DNA of 63,009 bases, filler included, from Choristocarpus tenellus KU-1152 (taxonomy: Eukaryota; Protista; Phaeophyceae): assembly GCA_964200185.2 (NCBI GenBank). It is 9 parts of 9 records of this genome, joined end to end, with 100 filler letters (N's around TTAATTAATTAA, not from the genome) between each part and the next. Parts side by side here need not be neighbours in the genome. Positions count along the whole stretch, not along the records: positions 1 to 22,879 come from CAXNAD020000274.1; positions 22,980 to 31,286 come from CAXNAD020004869.1; 7 more parts are not named here. The stretch is one strand, 5' to 3'. A program made the position numbers and the translations under genes. The notes beneath the pieces are model-generated. The model was not told the origin of the DNA. It saw nothing but the letters and a program-made list of their open reading frames with translations, and did no database searches. How positions within the stretch are numbered: the stretch's first letter is position 1; the number at the start of each line of letters is the position of its first letter. Shown here piece after piece: positions 11,626-23,569 of this stretch.

Positions 11626-14600
11626 TTTTCACATACATAGGGAGGTGTTCCTAGCAATTATACACCTCAGCTATTCTCTGTGCATGTCAGATGTCTGACA
11701 TCTTCACGTCTGATGAATCCAATCCTCAACCATTCATTGTATTCTGGTCAACTCAGTGGCTATTGGGTTGATTTGAGGGTATTTGAACTGAGGAAGTGGA
11801 AGATATTTCAGGGTAGTTGGATCAGTTTTTGATGTATTTGGATTTATTTTTGAAGAGGGAAAAATTGTTCATTTTTTGCATGCAATGTTTCTGGGAGAGT
11901 GCATGCTTATTGATAGAACAATGGCTACTTAAGAAGTTCAAGAATTATGATTTGAGGATTTTCTCTTTTCCTCCAAGACTTGAACTTGCATTAGACCAAT
12001 TCCAAGCCCTTCAGTGAACTTTGAACTGTTATTTTCTCTTGTACGATTTCCAATATATTTATACATATACATATTCATATACATACTGTGATACAGTCTG
12101 TAAGTCTGTAAGTCTGTATAACGCCATGTGACTTTTGTTTGCCAGTCTGCGCTTAAGAGGTGCAATTTGTGGGCCTTACGTACTTGAAAATCCCCATTTC
12201 AAACTTGATCCCCACTGCTGCTGCTTCATTAGGTTCACCTCTTTAGCAAGCATGTTCAAACCCCGATCACCTCAAAATTACACCATACGTTGCAGCTCAC
12301 AATGATTCGCAATACTACAGTGACTAAATATTCAGTTGCAACATCTGCCTCATGTGGTAATGACTGACTGACACAAGTACTGAGCCTTTTAAATGTGGGC
12401 AAACCTTATGATGAATCAGTACTCAGTAGCTAATGCCCAAGACATGTGCACCCCTATTTTTCCCTTCTTCCTATGCATGGTGCATGCAGTTATGGTCATG
12501 ATTGTGATTCATATAGTGACATTCCTAGTTACAGTCTTGGGTTAGGCCTAGGGTGGGAATGTATCACAATGCAATAGCAAAAAAAAGAATGGAGTGTTGG
12601 TTCAGTTTAATTCGTTTTCTACTAAGTGAGGATTGCTTTTGAGATCGATTGTCACTTAGACTAGACAGGTTCGATGCAATTTGTTTGATGCATTTCAGAT
12701 ATTGGGATCGGTTCACTGTGAGCTGTATCTTGTGTATGGGCATACACATGAGCACTTAGGGTCAGGCTTGGACATATTCACTCCTTGGATTATATCCAAA
12801 TATTTTGGAGGACAGCCAAGAGCATGTTGGGCATTTTGTAATGCCAACTGATTGTTCTGACCTGTGGGAGATGGCTCTTGTTATAGTACGTTAATCTCCC
12901 ATAGGAAACGAAGTGAGGGGTCAAGTACTCCAGAGTATTAGACTACTTACTCCGCAAAGTGGCACCTACAATAATTCCAATTTATAGTAACACCCTGATC
13001 CAGTCTCCATTCAACTAGTGTGTACTTTCATGTTTAAAGTGAAGACCTTCCATCCTTCCGCCTGGCTGGCAGTCTAGCCGTCTTGGCTGTGCACTACGAG
13101 TACCGACTCTTATCCTTCCGTGCCAAGACCACACTGATCACTGATCATATCAAACACGCTTGATGCCCAAACCACTCTCCTCTCTCACTTTGACATTGCC
13201 ATAAACACACATGCACACATGTGACTATTAATAGTAGTAGTACCATCTACATAATAGAACGTGGAGGCAATCCAGGCCCCTCCCGCAGGGACCAATTTCA
13301 TAAGAGACACTTCATCCCTAAAGCTGCAATACTTCAAACATGTCTTTTAAAGCATGTTATGGACAGCTTAGGTACTTGATTGACTGCATTGCCTCTCCTT
13401 CGTACTCCTCCAGGGTGCTCCAAGGTGTTGATTGCCATGCCTCCAACACTCGCAATCCAAGCTTTGTCAATACAAAGCCTGATGAAGAGAACCTGCACCA
13501 CTATGTGGGAGGATCTGTTGTGGAAGATAGGATGCAGATAACGGATGAGTCAAGAGAGGCAGGACAGGAGAGGGACCAAGGGGCTGGGTCTGTCGCTGGA
13601 AGAAAGGATATGACAAGGAGAACAGGGATGGATAAAGAAGAACAAGTCAGCCCCACCACTACCAGGATTAAACATGCGGTGTGTTACTCTCTGCTACTCG
13701 TTTGTTGCTATTGCCTCACCTCACACCTTGAAGATCGATGACGACGACATAGAATGTATTGATGATGTGTTTGACGAGGCAGCCCTCTATGCCTTAACTA
13801 TTTTTGCGATCCTCTCTAAGCCAAGCAGGTAGGGGCTTGGGCCGTACATGTTGCTCTGGCACCTGCGGATGAACTCCTCTCCAGGCAGCATCGCAAACTT
13901 TTCACACAGATCACAAAGGTTCTTCTTTCCACTACCAACAATTTCGTGGACAAGCGACCAGGGGTAAGCACTATCATATTGAAGACAATCTTCTGACTTG
14001 TCAAGTTGTGGTGATTCCCTCAAGAAGGTGAAAGAGGGGGGAGAGAAGGAATGTCTCGAAATGTGGACTTATCTCCTCTGCTCTAATTTTCTCTGTTTGT
14101 TAGCTCTAGTGGTTGGTTGTGTTGCCTCAATACAACATTTTGATATTGTTTTCATACTCTTGAACCTCTACCTGCCATTTGTCGTAACTTGTGCATTTTG
14201 CTCTTCTGTCGCCGGCTACAATTGGGTTGACTACCTCAATTTGTTTTAGTCCACAGTGCTTGTGACTGCAATTCTCGTTCATTCCATTCAAAACAGTTTC
14301 ACAGATCCTACTCTCCCCAATGTGGTTAACTTTCATCAAGATGGGGAGCGGGGAGAGGACTTGAAATTTACAGGATAAGACACCTTGAGTTGACTTTCTC
14401 CATTTGGTTTGGCATGCTAGAGAGAACTAGCAAGGTATGCGTACTCCGTATGGTCTTAGATTCAGCCCAGAGAACAAGGTTGCATTCTTCTTACAGCTGC
14501 TAAAGGGAGGAGAGAAAAGTGAGAAGGTGATGTTTGGCAAATTTTGCCTTCAAAATTCTTGTACACACACTCTCTCTCTCTTGTCCACAATATTTATTGG

Positions 14601-17600
14601 CCTTCCTTGATGAGGAAACAGGTCCGACTTGCTGGATTGGAGGCATGGGGATTGTTTGTTCAACATTGCCTCGGAAGTCTAGACCCTGGCAAGGTGGGTA
14701 CAGGTTAGGTGTAGACTTGAGAACTCTGAGACTTGCCACTACCAACAAAAATTGCTTTGTTTCTGCTCGGTCCTTAATAGGAATTGCTAGCAAATCCAGT
14801 ATTTTTTTCCCCCCATGTGAGAGCCTTCGTACTGATTCGTTTCTGGCTTTGAGGCAGAAATATCTAGGCTCATCTTGATGCTAGTGGTGCCACAAATCCC
14901 TACAGTGCAGGGAAAACCTGTATCTGTTATGCTAGAAAGCTGCCTTCTACGGCTTCAAGGTGCCCAGTTATCATATCTTGTATCAAGATTTCAAGGCTTC
15001 TACGTGTGATTCCTGCAGCTTATGGTGACTACACACAGTGTGGAAGAGGGTCCACCACCTTTGTCTCTTCTTCTTATTTAGATTTATGTTTCTTGCATTC
15101 TTCAATCAGGTGCTAAAAGTAGCTGGTGTGGTTCTTACCCCCTTTCGACACCTTGTGCATCGTGAAAGGTGAGATTGCATCAATTTGTAGGGGCTTCATG
15201 ATAGAGGAATTTTACTCTCCAGTTGGAAAAAATGGTCTAGGCTCTCGAGGACGTAACGACCATTTCGGGCTTGCATATGCCCTGATTCATTCACTCAACT
15301 CAGTATTCAATCAACCTGCTGGTTGGTAGGGCTATGACTCAGGAGAATCTCCCGGCATATTTCACCTTCTACATTGACACCAGCATTTGAAGGTTACCAG
15401 ACCTTGTGTGTCAGCACAGTTATAGGTCGCATTCTGTCTGGTTTTAGAAACCCAATCAATAACATTGAAAATATACAGGGATCCGGTTGTCCGAACAACT
15501 CTGTTGTCATTACTGAGGCACTGTGTTGGCGCTTTCCGTTCCCCCTCACTGGGGATGCTGTGGCAGAAACATCAGGGACTAGGGAGCTTACTGTGTGACA
15601 TGACAGGTACGAAGCTGCGTCTCCAAGGGGTGTTTTTTCCATCCTACATATGACCTTGCTCCATCTTTATTTTTTTCACCATGTTCTGGTCTGATTTTGT
15701 TGTTTCTGAAAGTTCCATGAGAACTGTACCTCAGTTTGCCCAATGTTGTCAAGACCTTCGGTGGTCTTTGTTTTGCTAGACCGGTACTGGTTCAAAGTCC
15801 TACGTAAAATTGCCCCCAATACGTCAATTTCAATCCTCTACTGACCAATTCTCACAACTCCAGAGCAGGACTTCAGCTTCACGTTTTCTTTGTAATTTTC
15901 CGACCTTTCACCTGACCTTCAATACCTAAGTGTTGTGAGTCGGGTTGTAACATTGTGTCATTTCTTTGCTGTATCCCTTGCAACTCAAATTCACCATCCC
16001 CTCAGAACCTGCCTTACACCTCTAGTTGACATGACACTGCACCCAGTGTTCCTCTCCTCTATGCCAGATGTCATCCCAGTACTTCATAGCTAATTATTTT
16101 TTTCTTGATTCTCTATTGTATCATTTCAGGGGAAAGGTCTACGGCAGATACACGGCACGCCACAGCCAGGATAATGGCTGAAATGTTACCTCTACCATCA
16201 CACAACACAGACCAACACCATGGTGAGTTTCATAATATATCAATGTATTCTGATAACTATTTTGTAGCGGCTGAAAGTGAGGTTATTGGCAGTTGTTAGA
16301 GCAAGCCTACTTGTCTTTGTTGGTCTGCAAGACACACCATTGGAATCGAACAGACACATAGAATATTCAAATCCATTAAACAACATGACAGCCGTTGCAG
16401 TTTTCTGCCTAGTGCGTTGCATCTTCACAAGAGTTCACACACCAAGTGCACATAAATGAGTTCTATGAGATACCTAGGGTATGGTGTTAAGATTTGAAAG
16501 AAGTGTCGCACACCTCCAAACATGAGAACATGTAAGTGATTTCTCACCAAAACTTTGTTGGTCAGGACAAACTACAGTACATAATCTTTCTCTTAAGCTT
16601 CATTCATGGAAGTTTCTCCACTTGAGCAATATGCCTTGCGATACTACCTAGTGCATCACCTACCGTTTTTCAAACTTGCAAGGAACTCTTGGAAGAGTGT
16701 GTGTGGACATATGCTGCATGTATTTCTTGTGTGTTACATCTTGTGGAAAGATTTTTGTAGTCCAAAATATCAACAAGCTGATTCTACCTTTTCATCTCTC
16801 TATCACTGCCTTCACTGATTCCCGAAACACAGATTTCTTCCCCTCACTAGTCAAGTCTGAATTGCCGCTCGAAGCTGAACTAGCCATGGTCCAGTCTCTG
16901 CTCTCTTCGCTCATGTCTGCTCTAACACCACCTTCATACGCATTGGCCGTGTCCAGCATCGGACCAGCAGTGCCATGCGGTGAACCACCTACATCAAGGG
17001 AAATTGCACCAATACCAACAGATAACCCATCTCCAGCGCCACTCCTGGACGAGCTGTCTACAGAAGGACTTGTGGTGCGAGCCTGGTGTGGTCTGATTTT
17101 CTGGGCTATGTCTGACTTCATCAAGACATATCGGACAGACGATCAATTTGGAAGTATCTCTCGGAATAAGGACAAGGATCTAAGGTATCAAGGTTTGGAT
17201 GGCACAAGAGATGGCAATCCTTTGGCCAAGGTGCTAGAATGGTTGTTATACAGGCCTGGACAGGAAAACGCCTGCATTGATGGAGGTTCCAGTGCCAACC
17301 ACATTGGCACTCCTAGTGAAAAGAATGTCTGTGCCGAGTCTGCCCAAGGTGTGAGGCTTACTCTGGTACTAACGCCATGGAGGTCAGTTCTACTCTGCGC
17401 CCTCATCCGCATGGTTGCAAGGGAGAATATATCAGGTTTAGGTCCTTCGTTTGAGGGGTTGGGTACCACAGGCAGAGTCCTTCAGACTAGGCTCCACCTT
17501 GATCTGGATCGACACAAAACAGAGGAACAACCAACTAACCTGGGTGTGATTACTCTGAATCCCGTCCATACATTGCACTGTGCTAGGTGTGAAACAGTCA

Positions 17601-20600
17601 AAGCAGAAACGGTAGAAATACTGGGGCAAGAATTTCGAAACAAAGACGAAATGTTGCCTCATGGACAACCTATGTGGTGGTGGCTCTTGTTTGGGGTACT
17701 GCGAACGCAATGCACCCAGATCAATTTACCAAATGCCGGGTGTGGTGTAGGGAAGAAAGAGGAACTTGTTCCAGGAAAACAATGCCAACCTTGTGTTCAT
17801 GCTACCCCTTCTCCATTGGAGGCAACTTTGTTGGAGGTTGCAGATCTAGCTTGCCCTGGTGGATTAAAAAATGTTATGGCTGCTTTACTCTCATCTCTAC
17901 TGGCCAAACAAGTCCCTTCGCAACAGTCCAGAACAAGCCACAGGGAAAGAATTGCTGGCTGTGAGGGAGAAAGGAAGGAGGGCTCAAAAGGAACATTTCT
18001 CCTGTCAAGGGAAAGAAGAAGCATTACCCTGGTTGTGCTGGGTCAGCTTTGGCGGGCTGCAGGTACCTGCCTTTTGACACGGTGGAGATATTTCCAGGAC
18101 AAGAATCGAGGCAGTAGCAATATCAGAAAAGGAATTAAGAGCCTAGTGGATATAGAAAACAGTCTGGAGGAGTCCAACTGGCTTCCCTCAATGGCAGTGC
18201 CAGCACCAGATATGATTGCTGAAACAGTGAACCTTGTCCGAGAACCCCTCAAGATTGGTCTTCTCATGTTCGACAATGATGTATCTGCGCTCCTGGCAGA
18301 GAGAAAGCTAGCAGAAGGGTCAGTGGCGACCAGCGGCAATGCAGGAGGAGTGGATCCTTATAGAGATCCAACAAATCTAATGATAAAAGAGGATGCTCGG
18401 ACATTTGATGGATCAAGGACAGACCAAGGCTCACATTCAGAGCACCCAATATGTGCCACAATCCACGACCTCCTCTGGGTGGATACTTTGTATGATGCAA
18501 AGGCAGCAGGAGTATGGTGTGATTTGGCACATTGCATTGTCAAATGGGCTCCTGATTCTAATAATATTCTTCACAAACTGGCTAAGGACTGCTCCGCACT
18601 AGCCACAGCAACTCCTCAAAATTGTGGTCGCAAGTCTGGGCCAAGTCCAACAGATAACCAAGAACCGAAACTGAGTATGTGGGCTGTTGGTGTTGCCCCC
18701 ACACCATGTTCACAATACACTCCAGGAGAAAGAGAGAAGGCTAAAGTCGAGAACAGTATGCAACTGTGCGGTCCTCTCCAACCCCCCCCCTATATTGGCA
18801 CCATACCTTTGCTAGCATCAGCAACACGTTTATTGCTCCAAGGTTCATTGGAACCTTCACCAGGGAGGGAGCCAGCTTTGCCCCGCATTGCCAAGACAGG
18901 ATTGGCTATGCTTTCTTGGATATTGCTTGCTCCAGTATCTCAATCTTTTGCCGGTATGGATGCCTCTGATTGTGTACAACACGAAGACAATGGTGGGATG
19001 TGGGCAACACCATTGGTAAATGAGTTGATCGGAATTTTGGATGTTGTAGGGGAAAGCTTTGGGTCCAAGGCTTTCAGAGGTGCAGGGACCATCTTCAGGC
19101 TTGGCAATGACATTCTTGGGGAAGTGACTCGCCTACTGATCCTGGGCTTGCAGTCCTCTAGACATGGTTTCTGCACCCCAGAGGTTACTGTTATGTATCC
19201 TTCTCTCTCGTGGTCCTGTGTCCCACTACGGAGGCGTTTGAGGACACTCTTCATGCAGCTCATGTCAGCATTAGAAGGGATGCCACAGATTTGCCTATCC
19301 TCTCCTGCCCTGCTCCAGACACTGAGCCCTCTCTTTGAAGCTGTCCTGGCTATGCCAGCAACCAGGTCAGTATTCTCCCAAACCCTTCTACTTGAGCTGC
19401 TAGCTGGATGTTGACACTGTCTGGGACTTTTAGGTTAAAGAGTCAACGCTCTCAATTTGGAATCTTTCTGGTGAAATGTATACCTTCTGAGTGCTTGGAA
19501 AGTCCATCAATAGATAGAGTAGCACTTACACTCAAATCAGATTTGTACATGGTTAAGGGTCAGTTCACTCCTAAACAATCTCCAAATCCCACTATAATGA
19601 CTACTACATTCAGCAGGGACTCAGAACACCTCCAATCTGCCTTCCTGGACACTTGGAAGTCCACATTTGGCAGTCTCCCAGGAGGAGGAAGCTGGGGAGA
19701 AGCATTCCCACCCCTACTCCTCAAGGGTCTTACCCAAATGGCTGAGCATGCTCCGGTGGTACTGCCAATGGGTTTGAAGCTCAACGTCTCAACAGAGGAA
19801 GGTTCAGGGGCAGTGTTTGCCACAGAAAAGAAACAACGGCCAGATGGACCAAGTATTGGCAATGGAAGCACTGAGAAGGTGTCCTCTCAGCTATTGAATG
19901 CAGAAGGTGGAGGCATTCCTTCAGTGCAGACGGCATGGTCAAATAAGGGTATGAAACGATCTTTTGCCAATGTGGGACACATATCGGGTGAAAATAAAAG
20001 GTGAGTGAGTCCATAATCTGGCACCCTTCCATACCTCTTCAGAATATAATTAATGTCCTACTGCTCCCGTCAGATACTGTGTGTATAGCATCATTTTCCA
20101 CGACCCTGAATTCATCAGTCCCATTTGTTCCTGCTACTCCAACTTGCCAGTGCTAAATCAAGCTCCAGTTATTTGAGCACTGTGTCAAGGAATCATTACC
20201 GTCAAGGGGTTGGGGTTGATGAAGGTGAGCAACGAGGTTTTCCTGTGCCCCCATAATTTTGCTTCACTATAGGTTCGATGTGACAGATAGGTTTACGGTC
20301 AGTTTGTCAGAACAGTTTTCTATTGTTCTTATTATCGAACAAGGAACCCTGTGACATAATACAATTGCTCATGTGTTGATGAGCATTGAATGCTTTCCAA
20401 CCTCTCACTTTTGTATCAATCTGCAACATTTAACCTAGGAGAGTCTTTCATGAGGATCATGGGTAATGGCAAGGGCAGTGGCCAAGGGGTGGTTGCTAGA
20501 GGAAGGAAGACAAAGAGGGCAGCAATTATGACCTACACCTCATTAGATGGGTCCCAGAAGCTATTGGGGGAAGAGGACTCACAACTGCCAGACACTGACC

Positions 20601-22394
20601 CTGAATCACTACCAGGTAATGGATGCTATAGTACCCACAACAGTTTATTGTGTAAACTCAACCTGGGAGTGTCAACCTAAAGTCAATCATTCCTCTCTCC
20701 TCTGGATTCTGGTGCTGCAAGTGGTCAAAAGAAGTAGGTAGTCGGCCCTCAGCACGACGCACTCTTGTACAGCTTTTGTGCTTTGAGTGCGAGTGACCCC
20801 TCACCCTTGGAAGTCACCATGTTGACATGGCTCCTTCACTCCATGTTGAAAGTCATTTCCTCTTAACCCAGCCCATTGCTGGCATGCTTGAGCACATGGT
20901 ATCAATATTTTTGAGTAAGAACCAATGCAACACAGAAATACGAACCTTCTGTATTTACAAAATTATTGGCTGTGACACAGGACCCCCACCCCTGTTGCCT
21001 GCCATCGGCACCATGCAGACACAGCAGCCTGTCTGTATCACCTTCCAAAGATAGATCTCTATGATTCTTTACAGTGTAAGGGTCAAGAAAGTAAATAGAG
21101 TTGAAAAATTGGTGATGCGATTATTTTTAAGGACAAAACGTAAATTCCTGCTAATAATACATTGGGGGATTGATGGACCTGTGTGAGATAATTATATATA
21201 GCACCAATACATACATATCCCGCTGATGGCATATTTCAGTATGTCATACTATCATTGGTTTCTTTTACAATCATTATATTCCGACTCAATCATTTCTACA
21301 TTTACTTTCCTATTCGAGATACAGTCTACATAGGGTGTGTATCAAGCTTTGGAGATTCATCCATCAAATCATGAAAAAAATTGCTGAGATAGTTTCTACT
21401 TGCTCGTTATTTTTGCTATTATTATTGAATGTTACACTTGTTACACATTATTCCGAGAGATCACAAACCCATAGTCAAAAGGTGGTCAGAGGAAGATACA
21501 TGAGAATTTTGAGAAATACAAGAGTGCAACAGATATCAATTAGAGCTTATAGCAGTAAATAGTGCAAGCATCTACCAAAACAGAGGATACCACATATCAC
21601 AACAAGCAAGTGGAAATTATTCGCATACTCTCAAACAGACCGATATTCTTCACTTTCTTGGTGCTTATTTCCCTCCTCCCTCCCTTTCCCCAGTACGACC
21701 ATTTGGAGGAACCTGCGATGAGAAATGTGAGGGCAACGCAGAGACATCAGCAATTTTTCCTCCAACCACTACCCGTACTTCAGGCTCAACAGTGGTGAGA
21801 CAGGAACAGGGTCAACAGAAGAAGAAGGCCACAGAGTCCTGGTCAATCAAGCACGGGGGGGATCAAGTGATTACCAGAGAAGTCAGTGCAGATGCCAATG
21901 AAGGGTGTAACCCAGTTGATAGAGTATTGGGAGTTGATCACACAAGGGAAGAGTTCATGAGGCAAGCAATAATTTTGCCAGCCTTAAGGGCCAACCTTGG
22001 AGACACTTCAACCATAGTAGCAGAATCTGTAGCACAACATCTAGAGGAGAAACCCTCCAAACTTGCAACCACTGTTTGCTCCCCGGAGGGTGGTGGCAAT
22101 GGAACATTCCTAGTTGAGGAAGTGAAGCGACTCGCACAGATATTTGCTGCAAATCACAGCTCAGGAGCAGAAAATAGGGGCCACTTGTCACACTTATCTT
22201 CTGACGAGCTTGGAGAGGTAAAAAACCTCTTGAACCGTATGAGTGACCATGTATGGAATATCATGCTCGAGAGGAGCAGAGGGCAATGTGATGCACAACT
22301 TGGAGGGAGCAGGGCAAGAGATTGTACTGCAGATGATCCCACTACAACAGAAGATCATAAGGAGGAGAATAGAGAACCTCCAGAGTTTATGTAA
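8590..22394 (+). CDS. RIF1: Telomere-associated / replication timing regulatory factor RIF1 homologue (16 exons, about 1753 aa)
   Basis: All introns are GT-AG and the exons are phase-consistent: 8590-8764, 8891-8991, 9214-9322, 10538-10707, 10975-11150, 13414-13678, 13829-13963, 14622-14693, 15110-15168, 15479-15606, 16130-16222, 16833-19365, 19617-20000, 20151-20224, 20439-20615, 21784-22394. Segments resembling the Rif1 N-terminal HEAT domain occur in the expected order: RVEAYMSL; DRQTTVAALFAVSNQT; IRKEASTAVHRLLGIVPQDM; WAPALLRLCLD; AWAVHVALA; PGVRLAGLEAWGLFV; LQTLSPLFEAVL...FLDTWKSTFG...FPPLL. These are followed by ESFMRI...YTSLDGSQ and a C-terminal helix SSDELGEVKNLLNRMSD. Recognised from recalled Rif1 motifs; no search was run. 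Confidence 0.85.
11594..11622. repeat. (TA)n microsatellite in a RIF1 intron
   Basis: Seen directly in the sequence. Confidence 0.9.
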
Positions 22395-22690
22395 CGTTTT
22401 TTTATTCCACTTCGTAATGCTTAGTGCCATATTTGTACATAACCTTTCCCTGTGATATTTAATTTGTGAAGTAATGCTTTGGCCTACAAATTAGAGGGGG
22501 CTACGAAGATGTTCCCAACAAAGGTCGTATCATGTTGTCTTCCCTGGTCACGACTCATCCCAGAACAAGCATCCCATCATGTTCTGTTTTACTTGCTGAT
22601 ACAGTCTCGATGGTTCCACTTTAGAAATACTATACACACAGGATTGAACAAGGCTTCTGGTTTGAGCCAGTAAAAAGGAAGGCAACAATG

Positions 22691-23536
22691 TTAATGCAAC
22701 CGATCCACACCAGGAGCTCTCGTGGAATCCTACAATTGCAAAAGCTCTCAGTGATCAACTCTGGACAGGAATGCTTACCTCGTACTACCTGTATGCTCTT
22801 CGATCTCAACAGTTCTGGGCTTGCTCTTCCCGTTTGTTCCACGTGGAGCTATGACCCATAGTATCTGGGGGAGGGGGGGNNNNNNNNNNNNNNNNNNNNN
22901 NNNNNNNNNNNNNNNNNNNNNNNTTAATTAATTAANNNNNNNNNNNNNNNNNNNNNNNNNNNNNNNNNNNNNNNNNNNNATAAAAAGCCCCAGGTATCTT
23001 ACCACAAGTCACCACGGGAGTCCACCACCAGGGCTCAAAGAACCTACCTATACACGTGAAATAACTAAACGCCTTCCCAACATTTTTTAAATAACTTCAA
23101 AATATATGGGTGTCACGATGTTCGCATATATATATATATATATATATACAAATAGCAAAAAAATAAAAATCATTTGCCTGGGTCATTGTTGACCTTTGGA
23201 AACCGCTTCATAGAACAGTGTTATCTCTCAAGCATACACCATCAATGCTGGGATGAAAAGCAACACAGAAGGCAGGCCGAGCAGCCACCAGAGCAAGCCT
23301 GCAAGGACTAAGACACCAACGGAATAAAACGTCCCATTCTGCGCTCAGGGAAATACGCGCGCGCACCGTGCGCGCGCAAGGCTACTTTGACGAAAAAAAC
23401 ACTATACACAGTAGAAAGGCATTTTATGAAACAAATAATACCAAGTGTTGAAGAGCCATGTACGACAGATTCACCGCACTTCGATAGCCCCTATCCAAAA
23501 ATAAAAAATACACAAGTGCCCTCAATGGTTGTTCTC

Positions 23537-23569
<33 letters not shown>

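Noticed and set aside
13729-13828. Acidic IDDDDIECIDD stretch as a RIF1 exon
   Set aside because: It is not needed for the frame and would require an unusual short GC intron, so it is left as intron.
19366-19616. Programmed frameshift between the 912 aa and 198 aa ORFs
   Set aside because: Explained by a GT-AG intron (AG|gtcagt ... cagcag|G) with matching phase.
22924-22935. Recurrent TTAATTAATTAA palindrome as a biological motif
   Set aside because: It is always centred in N runs, so it is an artificial linker.
23355-23378. CG-rich palindrome gcgcgcgcaccgtgcgcgcgc
   Set aside because: A short low-complexity hairpin with no supporting context.
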